NCBI GenBank assembly: GCA_017443175.1
Contig: JAFSOZ010000011.1
Coordinates: 26,921 to 90,920, forward strand
Length of the DNA: 64,000 nucleotides
Origin: Bacteroidales bacterium
Lineage (GTDB): Bacteria; Bacteroidota; Bacteroidia; Bacteroidales; WCHB1-69
Reading direction: 5' to 3'
Both the position numbers and the translations under genes were made by a program. Below are positions 17,908-26,386 of the stretch, piece after piece. Positions within the stretch are counted from its first letter, which is position 1, and every line of letters begins with the position of its first letter. The notes under the pieces were generated by a model. That model did no database searches, had not been told where the DNA came from, and worked only from the letters and a program-made list of their open reading frames with translations.

Positions 17908-18402
17908 ATGAAGCAGAAAAAAGACAAAGAACAGAAAGAACTAGACTTTGAACGGCTGATACAGGAGCAGCGACAGACCATCTACTCGGTGTGCTACCTC
18001 TTCGCTGACGACCGCCAGGAGGCGGATGACCTGGTGCAGGAGGTGCTGATACGCCTCTGGCAGGGCATTGACAAATTTGAGGGGCGCAGCTCAGCCAAGA
18101 CGTGGGTCTATCGGGTAGCGCTGAACACCTGCGTGACCCTTGACAAGCGCCAGCACCGCCGTCCTGACTGCATGCCACTGGAAATGGACATCGACCTTTT
18201 CGCCGACGAAGAGACCTGCCCAGCCGCCAGCCGCCTGCACAAGCGCATCGCGAAATTACACCCCTTTGACCGCGCGCTGATCCTGCTTTGGCTCGAAGAC
18301 CTGCCCTACGACGAGATTGCCGCCATCCTCGGCATCTCTGTGGACAATGTCAGCGTGCGTCTGGTGCGCATACGCGAAAAACTCAAATCATTCACCGATT
18401 AA
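17908..18402 (+). CDS. ECF-type RNA polymerase sigma-70 factor
   Basis: Region 2 (DDLVQEVLIRLWQ...TWVYRVALNTC) and region 4 (LEDLPYDEIAAILGISVDNVSVRLVRIREKL). Confidence 0.85.
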   Translation: MKQKKDKEQKELDFERLIQEQRQTIYSVCYLFADDRQEADDLVQEVLIRLWQGIDKFEGRSSAKTWVYRVALNTCVTLDKRQHRRPDCMPLEMDIDLFADEETCPAASRLHKRIAKLHPFDRALILLWLEDLPYDEIAAILGISVDNVSVRLVRIREKLKSFTD

Positions 18403-18416
18403 ACCTCAAAACAGAT

Positions 18417-18983
18417 ATGGAACAGTACGAAAATATCAAAAGCGAACTGCAGCAGGAACTGCGAGACCTGCAACAGAACGTGGAGCAGCACAGCACCTTC
18501 AACAGAGACGAATGGCGGGGAACGGTGAAACAGTCCAGCAATGAACTCTACTGGCTCAACGCTTTTCTCACAGGAGCAGTGGTGGTCATCATGATTGCCG
18601 CAACCGTCGCCTTCGCTCTCATCAAGTGGCCTTGGTGGCTCATCCTTTTGTTCGACCTTTATTTTGGCTGGATGGCAGTTGACACCCTTTCCGCCACAAT
18701 CGGGCTCCGGAAGGCCGATGTGCAGAGCCGCGAGGGTCTCCTCTCGCTGCGGGAAAGCATAAACACCTACTCAAAGCGTAAACGCACCATCATCCGAATC
18801 GTCGGCATCATTTTGTTTTTGGTGCTTGAAGCTTGCCTCTTCTTTTACGACCGCATAGCCTTCTTCTCCCTGATTATTTGGATGGCCTTCTTAAATGGCC
18901 CTTTCGGGCGCAAAAGGACCCGGGAGGTGACGAAACGTTACGACGAACTTAGCGAGGAAATCGACGCTTTGCTGAAAGAGTAA
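18417..18983 (+). CDS. four-TM membrane protein, possible anti-sigma partner
   Basis: Starts 15 nt after the sigma gene stop. It has a coiled N-terminus and then about 4 hydrophobic helices. No recognisable anti-sigma zinc motif. Confidence 0.4.
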   Translation: MEQYENIKSELQQELRDLQQNVEQHSTFNRDEWRGTVKQSSNELYWLNAFLTGAVVVIMIAATVAFALIKWPWWLILLFDLYFGWMAVDTLSATIGLRKADVQSREGLLSLRESINTYSKRKRTIIRIVGIILFLVLEACLFFYDRIAFFSLIIWMAFLNGPFGRKRTREVTKRYDELSEEIDALLKE

Positions 18984-19087
18984 ACCGTATGTAGTGAAAG
19001 TCATCTTCAGAACGGAAACATTCCAAAACAAAGATAATCAACTGTAAATAAAGAAGATAGAAATTTTACATAGGGCAGACCATAGAT

Positions 19088-19135
19088 TCGAAGACCTGCC
19101 CTACGACGAGGCGGGAGTGGGCATCAGTTGTAATG
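19088..19135 (+). pseudogene. relic of a sigma-70 region-4 coding sequence
   Basis: 23 nt (19088-19110) are identical to 18293-18315 within the sigma gene. The continuation translates FEDLPYDEAGVGISCNV, compared with LEDLPYDEIAAILGISVDNV in the intact gene. Confidence 0.45.
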
Positions 19136-19144
19136 TTAAATTCT

Positions 19145-19600
19145 TTAAGCGAACACAAATGGTTGCTGATAGATAACCGTCCCGAACATCTTAATGATAA
19201 TGTTATAAGCCCCTTCGGGAATGTTTTCTATCTCGTATTGTAATTCTTTAGTACATATACATTGGGCAAAATTTTCATCTTCGGTCTCGTATTGGATGAT
19301 GATATCATGCCCTACAATTTCAACATCAACATCTATGGTGTTGATTAAGCAGTTAATGTCGAATTCGTGGGTGAAATGCCATTTCCCGTTTTGATAAATT
19401 ATATTCAGAGAGGGCCTTTCATCTGCATTGCTCCACTGCTTGCATTCAGATAAAGTCGGATTTGAAGCCGATGGTTCCTCAATGATTATTGGTTGGGGAT
19501 GATGGTGGATCGGTGGTGGCCAAAGGTGTTCGCATGAACTGACCAAAAAAACTGCTAGCCCAAGGATGGAGCCCAGTAAGATTCTAGATAATTTGTTCAT
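19145..19600 (-). CDS. hypothetical lipoprotein
   Basis: Lipoprotein signal MNKLSRILLGSILGLAVFLVSSC followed by a His/Pro-rich linker. AT-rich gene with no family recognised. Confidence 0.5.
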   Translation of the reverse strand: MNKLSRILLGSILGLAVFLVSSCEHLWPPPIHHHPQPIIIEEPSASNPTLSECKQWSNADERPSLNIIYQNGKWHFTHEFDINCLINTIDVDVEIVGHDIIIQYETEDENFAQCICTKELQYEIENIPEGAYNIIIKMFGTVIYQQPFVFA

Positions 19601-19689
19601 AATTTTGATTTTTTATGTACCATCTCAAGACACGTTATAGTGCACCTTGTTGATGGTAAAGGTTAATATTAAAATTGGGGTTGTTGTGC

Positions 19690-19697
19690 CAAAGATA
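19690..19697 (-). promoter_or_regulatory. -7 box (TATCTTTG on minus strand)
   Basis: 90 nt upstream of the lipoprotein ATG at 19600. Confidence 0.35.
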
Positions 19698-20068
19698 TTG
19701 CGACAGTTGTTCTTCACTCGATATTCGCGAGGTTCTATATCAGAATCCATAGAATCCCAATATGGAGGAAGAAGTAAGTGCAGATTATTCGTTCAAGTAT
19801 CGGGAAAGGATGATGGTTACTGGAAGAGAAGGGGCTTTTCGTTTCGCAGAGTTCCCGAAAATATAGCTTTCGACATAATGAACAACGTTGATATTTGAAA
19901 TATATTGTTATGCCGATTCGTTATACAATATTTTTTTGCAAAATTGTTTATTGTCGCGTTAGAAGCTGTATAATCTCCCTAAGGCAGGCCGGCGGCCTGT
20001 CGGGGTGCGTAGGATTGCGCGAGGCATGAGCAAAATTTCGCACGCCGGAGGTGTGCGGGGTTTACCGA

Positions 20069-20416
20069 TCAGTTTTTCGGTTTCCGCACATAGTGCGGCA
20101 TCTCCATCGGGATCTCCATGGAGAGTTCGATGTAGCCGGCAAACTCGCCGTTCTGAAACCAGGGCGACTGGTATATCAGCTTCTTCTTGCCATTTTTCTC
20201 AATGGTGTAGGCGTTCACGTTGTGGTTTTTGAGCATCTCCGCCAGTTTGGTGCGGGCGGGCTCCGGATGGCAGTCCAAGAGGTTCTGGCCGATAATCTGC
20301 TGGCCATGACTGAGTACATTCACCGCCATATCATTCATTTCCAAAATTTTACCATCTTTATCACAGACTGTGACAGAATAGGGCACTTCGTTGAAATATT
20401 CGAGCATCGTTGTCAA
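20069..20416 (-). CDS. stand-alone PAS-domain protein
   Basis: 115 aa. YSVTVCDKDGKILEMNDMAV...LLDCHPEPARTKL resembles PAS sensor domains of the DUF438-associated type. Confidence 0.6.
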   Translation of the reverse strand: MTTMLEYFNEVPYSVTVCDKDGKILEMNDMAVNVLSHGQQIIGQNLLDCHPEPARTKLAEMLKNHNVNAYTIEKNGKKKLIYQSPWFQNGEFAGYIELSMEIPMEMPHYVRKPKN

Positions 20417-20432
20417 TTTTAATGGTTGGTCA

Positions 20433-22085
20433 TTAATCTATTTTCACCCTCCTCAAATCCAGCATGTTCACGGGGTTGGTGCCGAGGCCGGAGATGTTGG
20501 CTTGGGTGAAGCGAATCACTTTATCATAATAGAGCACCACCACAGGCGCGTCGGCCATGAGCATGGCATCCATGCGCGTGTAGTAGTCATTGCGCTGGGC
20601 TTCGTCGGTACAACGCTGGGAAGCCTCGTACAGCTTGTCAAAGGCGGGGTTTACATAATGCGTGTAGTTGGAGCCCACGGGCTGCAGGTTTTTGGAATAA
20701 AACAGGGCCATGTAGTTCTCTGCATCAGGATAGTCGCAGATCCAGGAGCCGCGGAAGAAGGGCAGCTGGTAACTCCGCATCATCTCGCGCTGCTGCGCGC
20801 CCTGCATTACATCGATTTTCAATTCCACTCCAAGGTCGGCCAGCTCGTGCTGCATGTACTGCACCAAGTCGGCGTATGAGGCGGAAACGGCCACCGAGAT
20901 AGGCGGGAGGCCCTTGCCGTTGGGGTAGCCAGCCTCTGCCAGCAACTGTGCCGCTTTCTTGGGATTGTAATCGTAGCCGCCCGTGCGCGCGGGGTCGTGC
21001 GAGGGCATGCCACGCGGCACAAAACCCGCCGTGCCCGGATAACCCACATTGTTGCGCAAGTATTTCATCATCTTCTCACGGTCGAAGCCGTAATTGATGG
21101 CCTGCCGCACACGCTTATCCAACAGCGGGTTCTTCTTGTCGTCAGGCTTCAGCATAAAGCCCAGATATTCAGTGTTGAGGTACGGGCCGGTCAACATCTT
21201 GATCTTGTCCTTGTATTCGGGGTTCAGTGTCCCCTCCTTAGTAAGTAGCGCATCCTTGTAGCAAACTTCCACGCCCGACATGAAGTCCAGCGAGCCCTTC
21301 ATGAACTCCATGAACACCGACTGTTTATCGACAATGAATGAAATGGACACCGCATCAATGTAGGGCAAGCGGTTACCCTGTTCATCGCGCTCGAAGTAGT
21401 CGGGGTTCTTGCGCAGCACCAGTTTCACGCCCTCCTGCCAGAGTTGGAACTGGAATGGACCTGTGCCCACAGGATTTTTGCGAAAGTCTTTGCCGTAACG
21501 CTCTACCACCTCCTTGGGCACCACAGAACAGTATTTCATCGTGAGGATGCCCAGAAACGGCGGAAAGGCTTCTGCCAGTTGTATCTGGAAAGTGGTATCG
21601 TTCAAGGCCTTGAAGGCAGGCTTGCCTTCTTTGTCCCGTTTCACCTTCTGGAAAATCCACGCGCCCGGAGAGGCTACATCGGGGTCCAAGATGCGGGAAA
21701 AACTGTACACAAAGTCTTGTGCCACCACCTTGCGAGGTGTCTTGTACGGATAGGCTTTCGTGTTGTGGAAGGTTACATCATCTCGAAGAAAAAAAGTATA
21801 GATCAGTCCATCTTCCGAGATGGTCCAGCGTTTGGCAATGGACGGCACAATGTTCAGCGAATCGTCCATGTCCACCAGCCCGTTGTAAAGCTGATTGCAA
21901 GGCCACATCACCGTCTGACCGGAGGCAAATGCCGGATCGAGGGTTTGGATGCCTTCCGATTGGTTGTAGTGGAAGATTTTCTTGTCCGCATGGTCATACT
22001 TGGACTTGCAACCCGTAAGGGCTACAGCCATAATCAACATGAACAATAGAATATTATCTATAATCTCTAATCTCTCTACTCTCAA
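20433..22085 (-). CDS. ABC-transporter family-5 (peptide/nickel-type) substrate-binding lipoprotein, orphan
   Basis: The lipobox ALTGC is followed by a typical SBP_bac_5 layout (GLVDMDDSLNIVPSIAKRWTISEDGLIYTFFLRDDVTFHN). The start is ambiguous: TTG 22085 gives a 25-residue signal and ATG 22040 gives a very short one. Confidence 0.75.
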   Translation of the reverse strand: MRVERLEIIDNILLFMLIMAVALTGCKSKYDHADKKIFHYNQSEGIQTLDPAFASGQTVMWPCNQLYNGLVDMDDSLNIVPSIAKRWTISEDGLIYTFFLRDDVTFHNTKAYPYKTPRKVVAQDFVYSFSRILDPDVASPGAWIFQKVKRDKEGKPAFKALNDTTFQIQLAEAFPPFLGILTMKYCSVVPKEVVERYGKDFRKNPVGTGPFQFQLWQEGVKLVLRKNPDYFERDEQGNRLPYIDAVSISFIVDKQSVFMEFMKGSLDFMSGVEVCYKDALLTKEGTLNPEYKDKIKMLTGPYLNTEYLGFMLKPDDKKNPLLDKRVRQAINYGFDREKMMKYLRNNVGYPGTAGFVPRGMPSHDPARTGGYDYNPKKAAQLLAEAGYPNGKGLPPISVAVSASYADLVQYMQHELADLGVELKIDVMQGAQQREMMRSYQLPFFRGSWICDYPDAENYMALFYSKNLQPVGSNYTHYVNPAFDKLYEASQRCTDEAQRNDYYTRMDAMLMADAPVVVLYYDKVIRFTQANISGLGTNPVNMLDLRRVKID

Positions 22086-22088
22086 CTC

Positions 22089-22109
22089 TAAACTATTAAC
22101 TATTAACTA
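22089..22109 (-). repeat. second copy of the 21-nt TAGTTAATAGTTAATAGTTTA element
   Basis: The reverse complement of 22089-22109 is identical to 8890-8910. It sits immediately after the TAG stop of the M23 gene (22110-22112). Confidence 0.8.
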
Positions 22110-23081
22110 CTAACTCAGTGCTTGGTTCACTTTCTTGGAGGATTCCAAAATGGAATTGTATTCTTCCGGGGTGATATCCACATTGAAATAATAGACAGGA
22201 TTCACCTTCTGTCCGTTTTTGATGACCTCATAGTGCAAATGGGAACCGGAGGCCAACCCCGTGGAGCCCACATAGCCAATAAGTTGTCCACGCTTCACTT
22301 TCTGTCCCGGGTTCACTGCTTTCTTCGACAGATGTGCATATACCGTCTTATAGGAAAAGCCATGGTTGATAACCACAGAAATACCATATCCGCTGCCAGG
22401 ATTCTCGCTGGTCACAGTGCCATCAGCAGTGGCATATACAGGCGTGCCCTTGGGGGCGGTGATGTCCACGCCCGTATGTGCGCGCAAGGTCTTCAGGATG
22501 GGGTGGTATCTCCGTCCGAAACCGGATGTGATCTCATGCATGTTCTTCAGCGGACGGATGGCCGGAATGTGGGTCAGCATCTCCGATTTCTTGGTGGCAA
22601 TCCTTTCCAAAGTGTCCAACGACCGTGACTGCACTGCCAAACGCACCGTCAGCTGGTCGGCCTTCTTGCTGGCATTGCGCAACATGTTGTAGGCTTCCGA
22701 CTGCGACATGCCATCCCAACGGGTGTCATCCACCAACAGGGGATAGCGTACGGAGGCCGGCACCGGGTCTGCCTCAAAAATGGTGCGATACACGTTGTCG
22801 TCCCGATCTTCAATATCGTACAAAACATCCGACATCACATCCACACGTGCCGACAGGCGTTCCACCTCAGCCTGCAGCTCGTTATTTTCTCTTTCCAGGA
22901 TTTTAACCTTCGGAGAATCAAAAAAGTAGAATGCTATCCACACGAAAACCAACGCAAACGCAATGCCGCTCGCAAATACCCATAGCAGTCGCTTGGCAAG
23001 CTGCTTGAAGCTGACTTTCACCTTCTCGAACGAGAGTGTTTTGGGGTTGAAATGATATAGCGTTTTTAGCGATTTGGGCAT
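22110..23081 (-). CDS. M23-family peptidoglycan metalloendopeptidase
   Basis: N-terminal TM helix, coiled coil, then HTGVDITAPKGTPVYA...GSTGLASGSHLHYEV (HxxxD / HxH motifs). Confidence 0.88.
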   Translation of the reverse strand: MPKSLKTLYHFNPKTLSFEKVKVSFKQLAKRLLWVFASGIAFALVFVWIAFYFFDSPKVKILERENNELQAEVERLSARVDVMSDVLYDIEDRDDNVYRTIFEADPVPASVRYPLLVDDTRWDGMSQSEAYNMLRNASKKADQLTVRLAVQSRSLDTLERIATKKSEMLTHIPAIRPLKNMHEITSGFGRRYHPILKTLRAHTGVDITAPKGTPVYATADGTVTSENPGSGYGISVVINHGFSYKTVYAHLSKKAVNPGQKVKRGQLIGYVGSTGLASGSHLHYEVIKNGQKVNPVYYFNVDITPEEYNSILESSKKVNQALS

Positions 23082-23112
23082 TGTGATTCTCTTGTCAGAA
23101 TGAAATTATCTT

Positions 23113-23130
23113 TTACTTACATTACTTACA
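23113..23130 (-). repeat. tandem 9-mer duplication straddling a stop codon (TGTAAGTAA x2 on minus strand)
   Basis: ttacttaca occurs at 23113-23121 and 23122-23130. On the coding strand this reads Cys-Lys-stop-Cys-Lys-stop. Confidence 0.75.
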
Positions 23131-24114
23131 TCCTATACAGATTTTGTCTCCTTCCGCATAGTTTTTCATAGAACCGCTGTTCCTTTTCAAAATGATTTTC
23201 AATTGAACACCATATAGCTGTGAGATATAGTGATAGGTGTCTTTCTTATGCAGAATGTGATAATCTACCGGCGACTTGGTGCTTTTCAGTTCCAAATAGA
23301 CCACTTCACCCTCCACCGGCTCCGAATCATCATATACATCATTGTACAATCGCAGATTCTTTTCGGTGAGTTGCAAGGATGTAGCAAGAGATGCATACGT
23401 GTCACCAGTTTTTGCAATCAGGAATTTCGTTTTGTTGTTCTCGTAAACCGGTCTCCGGGTATAGGGATAATATGCTTGCTTGAACGGAACATTGTTGGGG
23501 TCCAACACAAAGACATACACATTGTCCACCGCGCGCGGAGTGGTTGTCGGGAAATCCGTTTTTGGCTCGGGTATCGAGACCGTTGCAGCAACGGTATCAG
23601 GCAGATCATACTGGGCCAACTCGTACTTTTGGATGATGGCAACAAGCGTGTCGGCATAGCGCGGATTTCCGGCATAGCCCGCATCTTTGAGCCCTTGAGC
23701 CCACGCACGATAGTCGGTCATCGGCAATTCAAACAGCAAAGCATAACGCGGCCGTGTAGCTATAAACAGCGAATGGTCACGATAGGAGTTCTCCACTTCC
23801 TTATACTTCCGATAGCAAAGGTCGGGACTGTGGTCCTCCGTCTCATAGAAGGTGTCACCCTCCCACTCTTTAGCATGGCAGGTGATGCCAAAATGATTGT
23901 TGGCCTCCTTGGCCACACGGTTTGTCCCAGCCTTGGAGGAATAGACGGCCTGCGCAAGGGTGATACTTGCCGGAATCTTGTATGCTTTCATCTCCTGCAC
24001 AGCCAACCCCTTATGAGCATTGACATAGTCGCGGACCGTCTTCTCCGACACAGGTTGCGCCCATGCACCATGCGCCACGGCAAAAACCATCAGGATGCAA
24101 AGTATTCGTTTCAT
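23122..24114 (-). CDS. glucosaminidase-domain protein with C-terminal LysM repeats
   Basis: Signal peptide, ITLAQAVYSSKAGTNRVAKEANNHFGI (mannosyl-glycoprotein endo-beta-N-acetylglucosaminidase motif), and LysM-like GDTYASLA / DTYHYISQLYGV segments. Confidence 0.8.
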   Translation of the reverse strand: MKRILCILMVFAVAHGAWAQPVSEKTVRDYVNAHKGLAVQEMKAYKIPASITLAQAVYSSKAGTNRVAKEANNHFGITCHAKEWEGDTFYETEDHSPDLCYRKYKEVENSYRDHSLFIATRPRYALLFELPMTDYRAWAQGLKDAGYAGNPRYADTLVAIIQKYELAQYDLPDTVAATVSIPEPKTDFPTTTPRAVDNVYVFVLDPNNVPFKQAYYPYTRRPVYENNKTKFLIAKTGDTYASLATSLQLTEKNLRLYNDVYDDSEPVEGEVVYLELKSTKSPVDYHILHKKDTYHYISQLYGVQLKIILKRNSGSMKNYAEGDKICIGCK

Positions 24115-24125
24115 ATCATTTGATT

Positions 24126-25235
24126 TTAATGTTTCAACATAATCTGATCCCCAGGTTGGATGATGGAATTCTCATCCATGTTGTTATATTTGAAGATATA
24201 ATGCAGTTGCACGGCGTATCGTTGGGCAATGTAACGAAGAGTCTCGCCCCGTTCCACCACATGCACCTTGGCATCGTTATTCTTGGCCTTGGATTCAATA
24301 TAGACAATCTCTTTCTCCACCGGCTGACCGCCTTTGCCGGCATCATTGAAACGGCGGAGGTTGGCTGCAGACACCTGCACATCGGTGGCAATTTTCTCAT
24401 ACGTGTCACCAGCCTCGGCGACCACGAAAAAGGTGTTGTTGTTCGAAAACACCTTGCGATAGGTAAACGGACTGGCACCTGTCGGGTATTCGTTGTCTGC
24501 GGTGAAAACCTTGAATTTGCCGGCAGGGGTATTGGTATTGTTTGGTAGAGACGCATCATTATGCGTCTCTACAACGGGTTTTTGCGTTTGTTCGCGCGCG
24601 GCACCCTGTGCATCCTTGCGGTTTTTGTCAACGTATTCGATTTTAGGACGGTTGTCGGGGTGCGACACAACGGGGGGGTGCGGGCGTTCCGCCATGATGC
24701 CCTGTTGTTCCAGACACAACGTATCCAGACGGGCGATGTTAAATCGTTCAATCAGGCTGATGAGACGGTCGGCGTACTGCGGATTGGTAGCGTAGCCATC
24801 GGCTTTGAGCGTGCGCGCCCAACCGGGATAATCCAGGATGTCCAACTCAAACAGATTGGCATAGCGCCGGCGGGTGGTCAGAAACAGCGAATGGTCGGTG
24901 TAGGAAGCAGCCACGCTATCGTATTTGCGGAAGCACTCCTGCAGCTCGTCGTCATCAATGAGGATAGTGTCGCCAGCCCAATCCGTATGGCACTTGATAC
25001 CGAAGTGATTATTGCCATCTACTGCCAGGCGGCTTTTGCCGCAGGCACTCTCAAAGATGCCCTGCGCCAAGGTAATGCTGGCCGGTATCTTGTACTGTTT
25101 CATCTTTTCAATGGCGATATCCTGATACTGCACGATATATTCCCGAATGTCTGCCTCTGTATATTGCGCGGAAACATTCGAAAACATTCCGAGAAACACC
25201 GACAAGAAACAACCAAAATGCAATATTTTCTTCAT
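24126..25235 (-). CDS. glucosaminidase-domain protein with LysM repeats (tandem paralog)
   Basis: ITLAQGIFESACGKSRLAVDGNNHFGIKC plus two LysM-like segments (GDTYEKIATDV, GETLRYIAQRYAV). Same architecture as the downstream gene. Confidence 0.8.
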   Translation of the reverse strand: MKKILHFGCFLSVFLGMFSNVSAQYTEADIREYIVQYQDIAIEKMKQYKIPASITLAQGIFESACGKSRLAVDGNNHFGIKCHTDWAGDTILIDDDELQECFRKYDSVAASYTDHSLFLTTRRRYANLFELDILDYPGWARTLKADGYATNPQYADRLISLIERFNIARLDTLCLEQQGIMAERPHPPVVSHPDNRPKIEYVDKNRKDAQGAAREQTQKPVVETHNDASLPNNTNTPAGKFKVFTADNEYPTGASPFTYRKVFSNNNTFFVVAEAGDTYEKIATDVQVSAANLRRFNDAGKGGQPVEKEIVYIESKAKNNDAKVHVVERGETLRYIAQRYAVQLHYIFKYNNMDENSIIQPGDQIMLKH

Positions 25236-25271
25236 CTTATGCTATGTGCGTAAATATTTGTGATTTAATCA

Positions 25272-25299
25272 TCCACCGTTCACCCTTCACCCTTCACCT
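25272..25299 (-). repeat. heptamer tandem repeat straddling the ddl stop codon (GGTGAAG-type x3.5 on minus strand)
   Basis: ttcaccc occurs at 25279-25285 and 25286-25292, then ttcacct at 25293-25299. This puts TGA at three successive 7-nt offsets, so all three frames have a stop. Confidence 0.75.
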
Positions 25300-26284
25300 T
25301 TTTGAACGTCAGGGCCTCCATGACCATTTTCGTATAAAACTCCTTAATATCCAAATTATTATATTCCACCTGTCCGGGCACGATGCTCAGGGCGGTTTGT
25401 CCGGGGATGGTGTTCACTTCGAGGAAATAGGGCACACCGTCATCCTCGGAAATGATAAAATCTATACGAACTACACCATGGCAGTCGAGGTTATGGAAAA
25501 TCTGTTTGGCATAATCGCCCAACTTTTGGGTCATTTCAGCAGGAATATCCGCCGGGGTGATGAGTTTGTGTCCGACAGCCGTGTATTTGGCGTTGTAGTC
25601 GTAGAACTCGTTGCTGGCCACCACCTCGGTGACGGCGAGCACGCGGGGTTCCCCATACACGGACGTGACACCGCAGGTGAACTCGCGACCGCGCACGAAC
25701 TTCTCCACCATCAACTGGTTGTCAAATTTGAACGCCTCTGCAAAGGCCTGGTCAATCTCGCTCCGGTTGTGCACTTTCGTCACCCCCACGCTGGAGCCGG
25801 AGTTGCACGCCTTGACAAAGCATGGATAGCCGCAGACAGATTCAATCTGCTCATAGTCAATCGGGTCTGTGTTATAGAAATGCAAAGATGGCGAGATGGG
25901 GACGCCAAAGCCTGCCACTGCCAAATTGCAATAGTATTTGTTGAATGTCAGCGCGGAGCAGAACACACCGCATCCCGTGTAGGGTTGTCCCACCAACTCG
26001 AAATAGGCCTGCAGACGGCCGTTCTCGCCGGGCGTGCCGTGAATGGCGATGAAAGCCACATCGAAAGAGACCTTCCCGTCAGGCATATTCAGCGTGAAGT
26101 CGTTTTTATCAATCTGATACACCGTCCCGTCGGACGCTTTATATGTCCAATCTGCACCCTTGAAGTGAATAAGATACGGTGTGAATTGATTTCTGTCCAG
26201 CTGATTGAAGATGTTGTCAGCTGTTTTCAAGGAGATTTCATACTCGCCGGAATCCCCGCCGGCTATAATTGCTACATTATACAT
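25280..26284 (-). CDS. ddl: D-alanine--D-alanine ligase
   Basis: 334 aa. IIAGGDSGEYEISL, AFIAIHGTPGENGRLQ and ATP-grasp motifs, ending in LEVNTIPGQT. Confidence 0.92.
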   Translation of the reverse strand: MYNVAIIAGGDSGEYEISLKTADNIFNQLDRNQFTPYLIHFKGADWTYKASDGTVYQIDKNDFTLNMPDGKVSFDVAFIAIHGTPGENGRLQAYFELVGQPYTGCGVFCSALTFNKYYCNLAVAGFGVPISPSLHFYNTDPIDYEQIESVCGYPCFVKACNSGSSVGVTKVHNRSEIDQAFAEAFKFDNQLMVEKFVRGREFTCGVTSVYGEPRVLAVTEVVASNEFYDYNAKYTAVGHKLITPADIPAEMTQKLGDYAKQIFHNLDCHGVVRIDFIISEDDGVPYFLEVNTIPGQTALSIVPGQVEYNNLDIKEFYTKMVMEALTFKKVKGEG

Positions 26285-26306
26285 AATACAATATTATCAA
26301 ATTGCG

Positions 26307-26314
26307 CAAAAATA
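26307..26314 (-). promoter_or_regulatory. -7 box (TATTTTTG on minus strand)
   Basis: 23 nt upstream of the ddl ATG. Likely promoter of the ddl-to-PAS operon. Confidence 0.5.
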
Positions 26315-26386
26315 CGTTTTCAAGCCTTACGGCTGCCGTATCTACAATTTGTTTTTAAACAGGGTAATGTGAATTGCGTATTGCGC

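Noticed and set aside
19647-19898. 83-aa plus-strand ORF in the gap upstream of the lipoprotein gene
   Set aside because: It uses a non-ATG start, has no promoter box or recognisable motif, and overlaps the predicted minus-strand promoter. It is kept only as part of the unexplained-gap finding.
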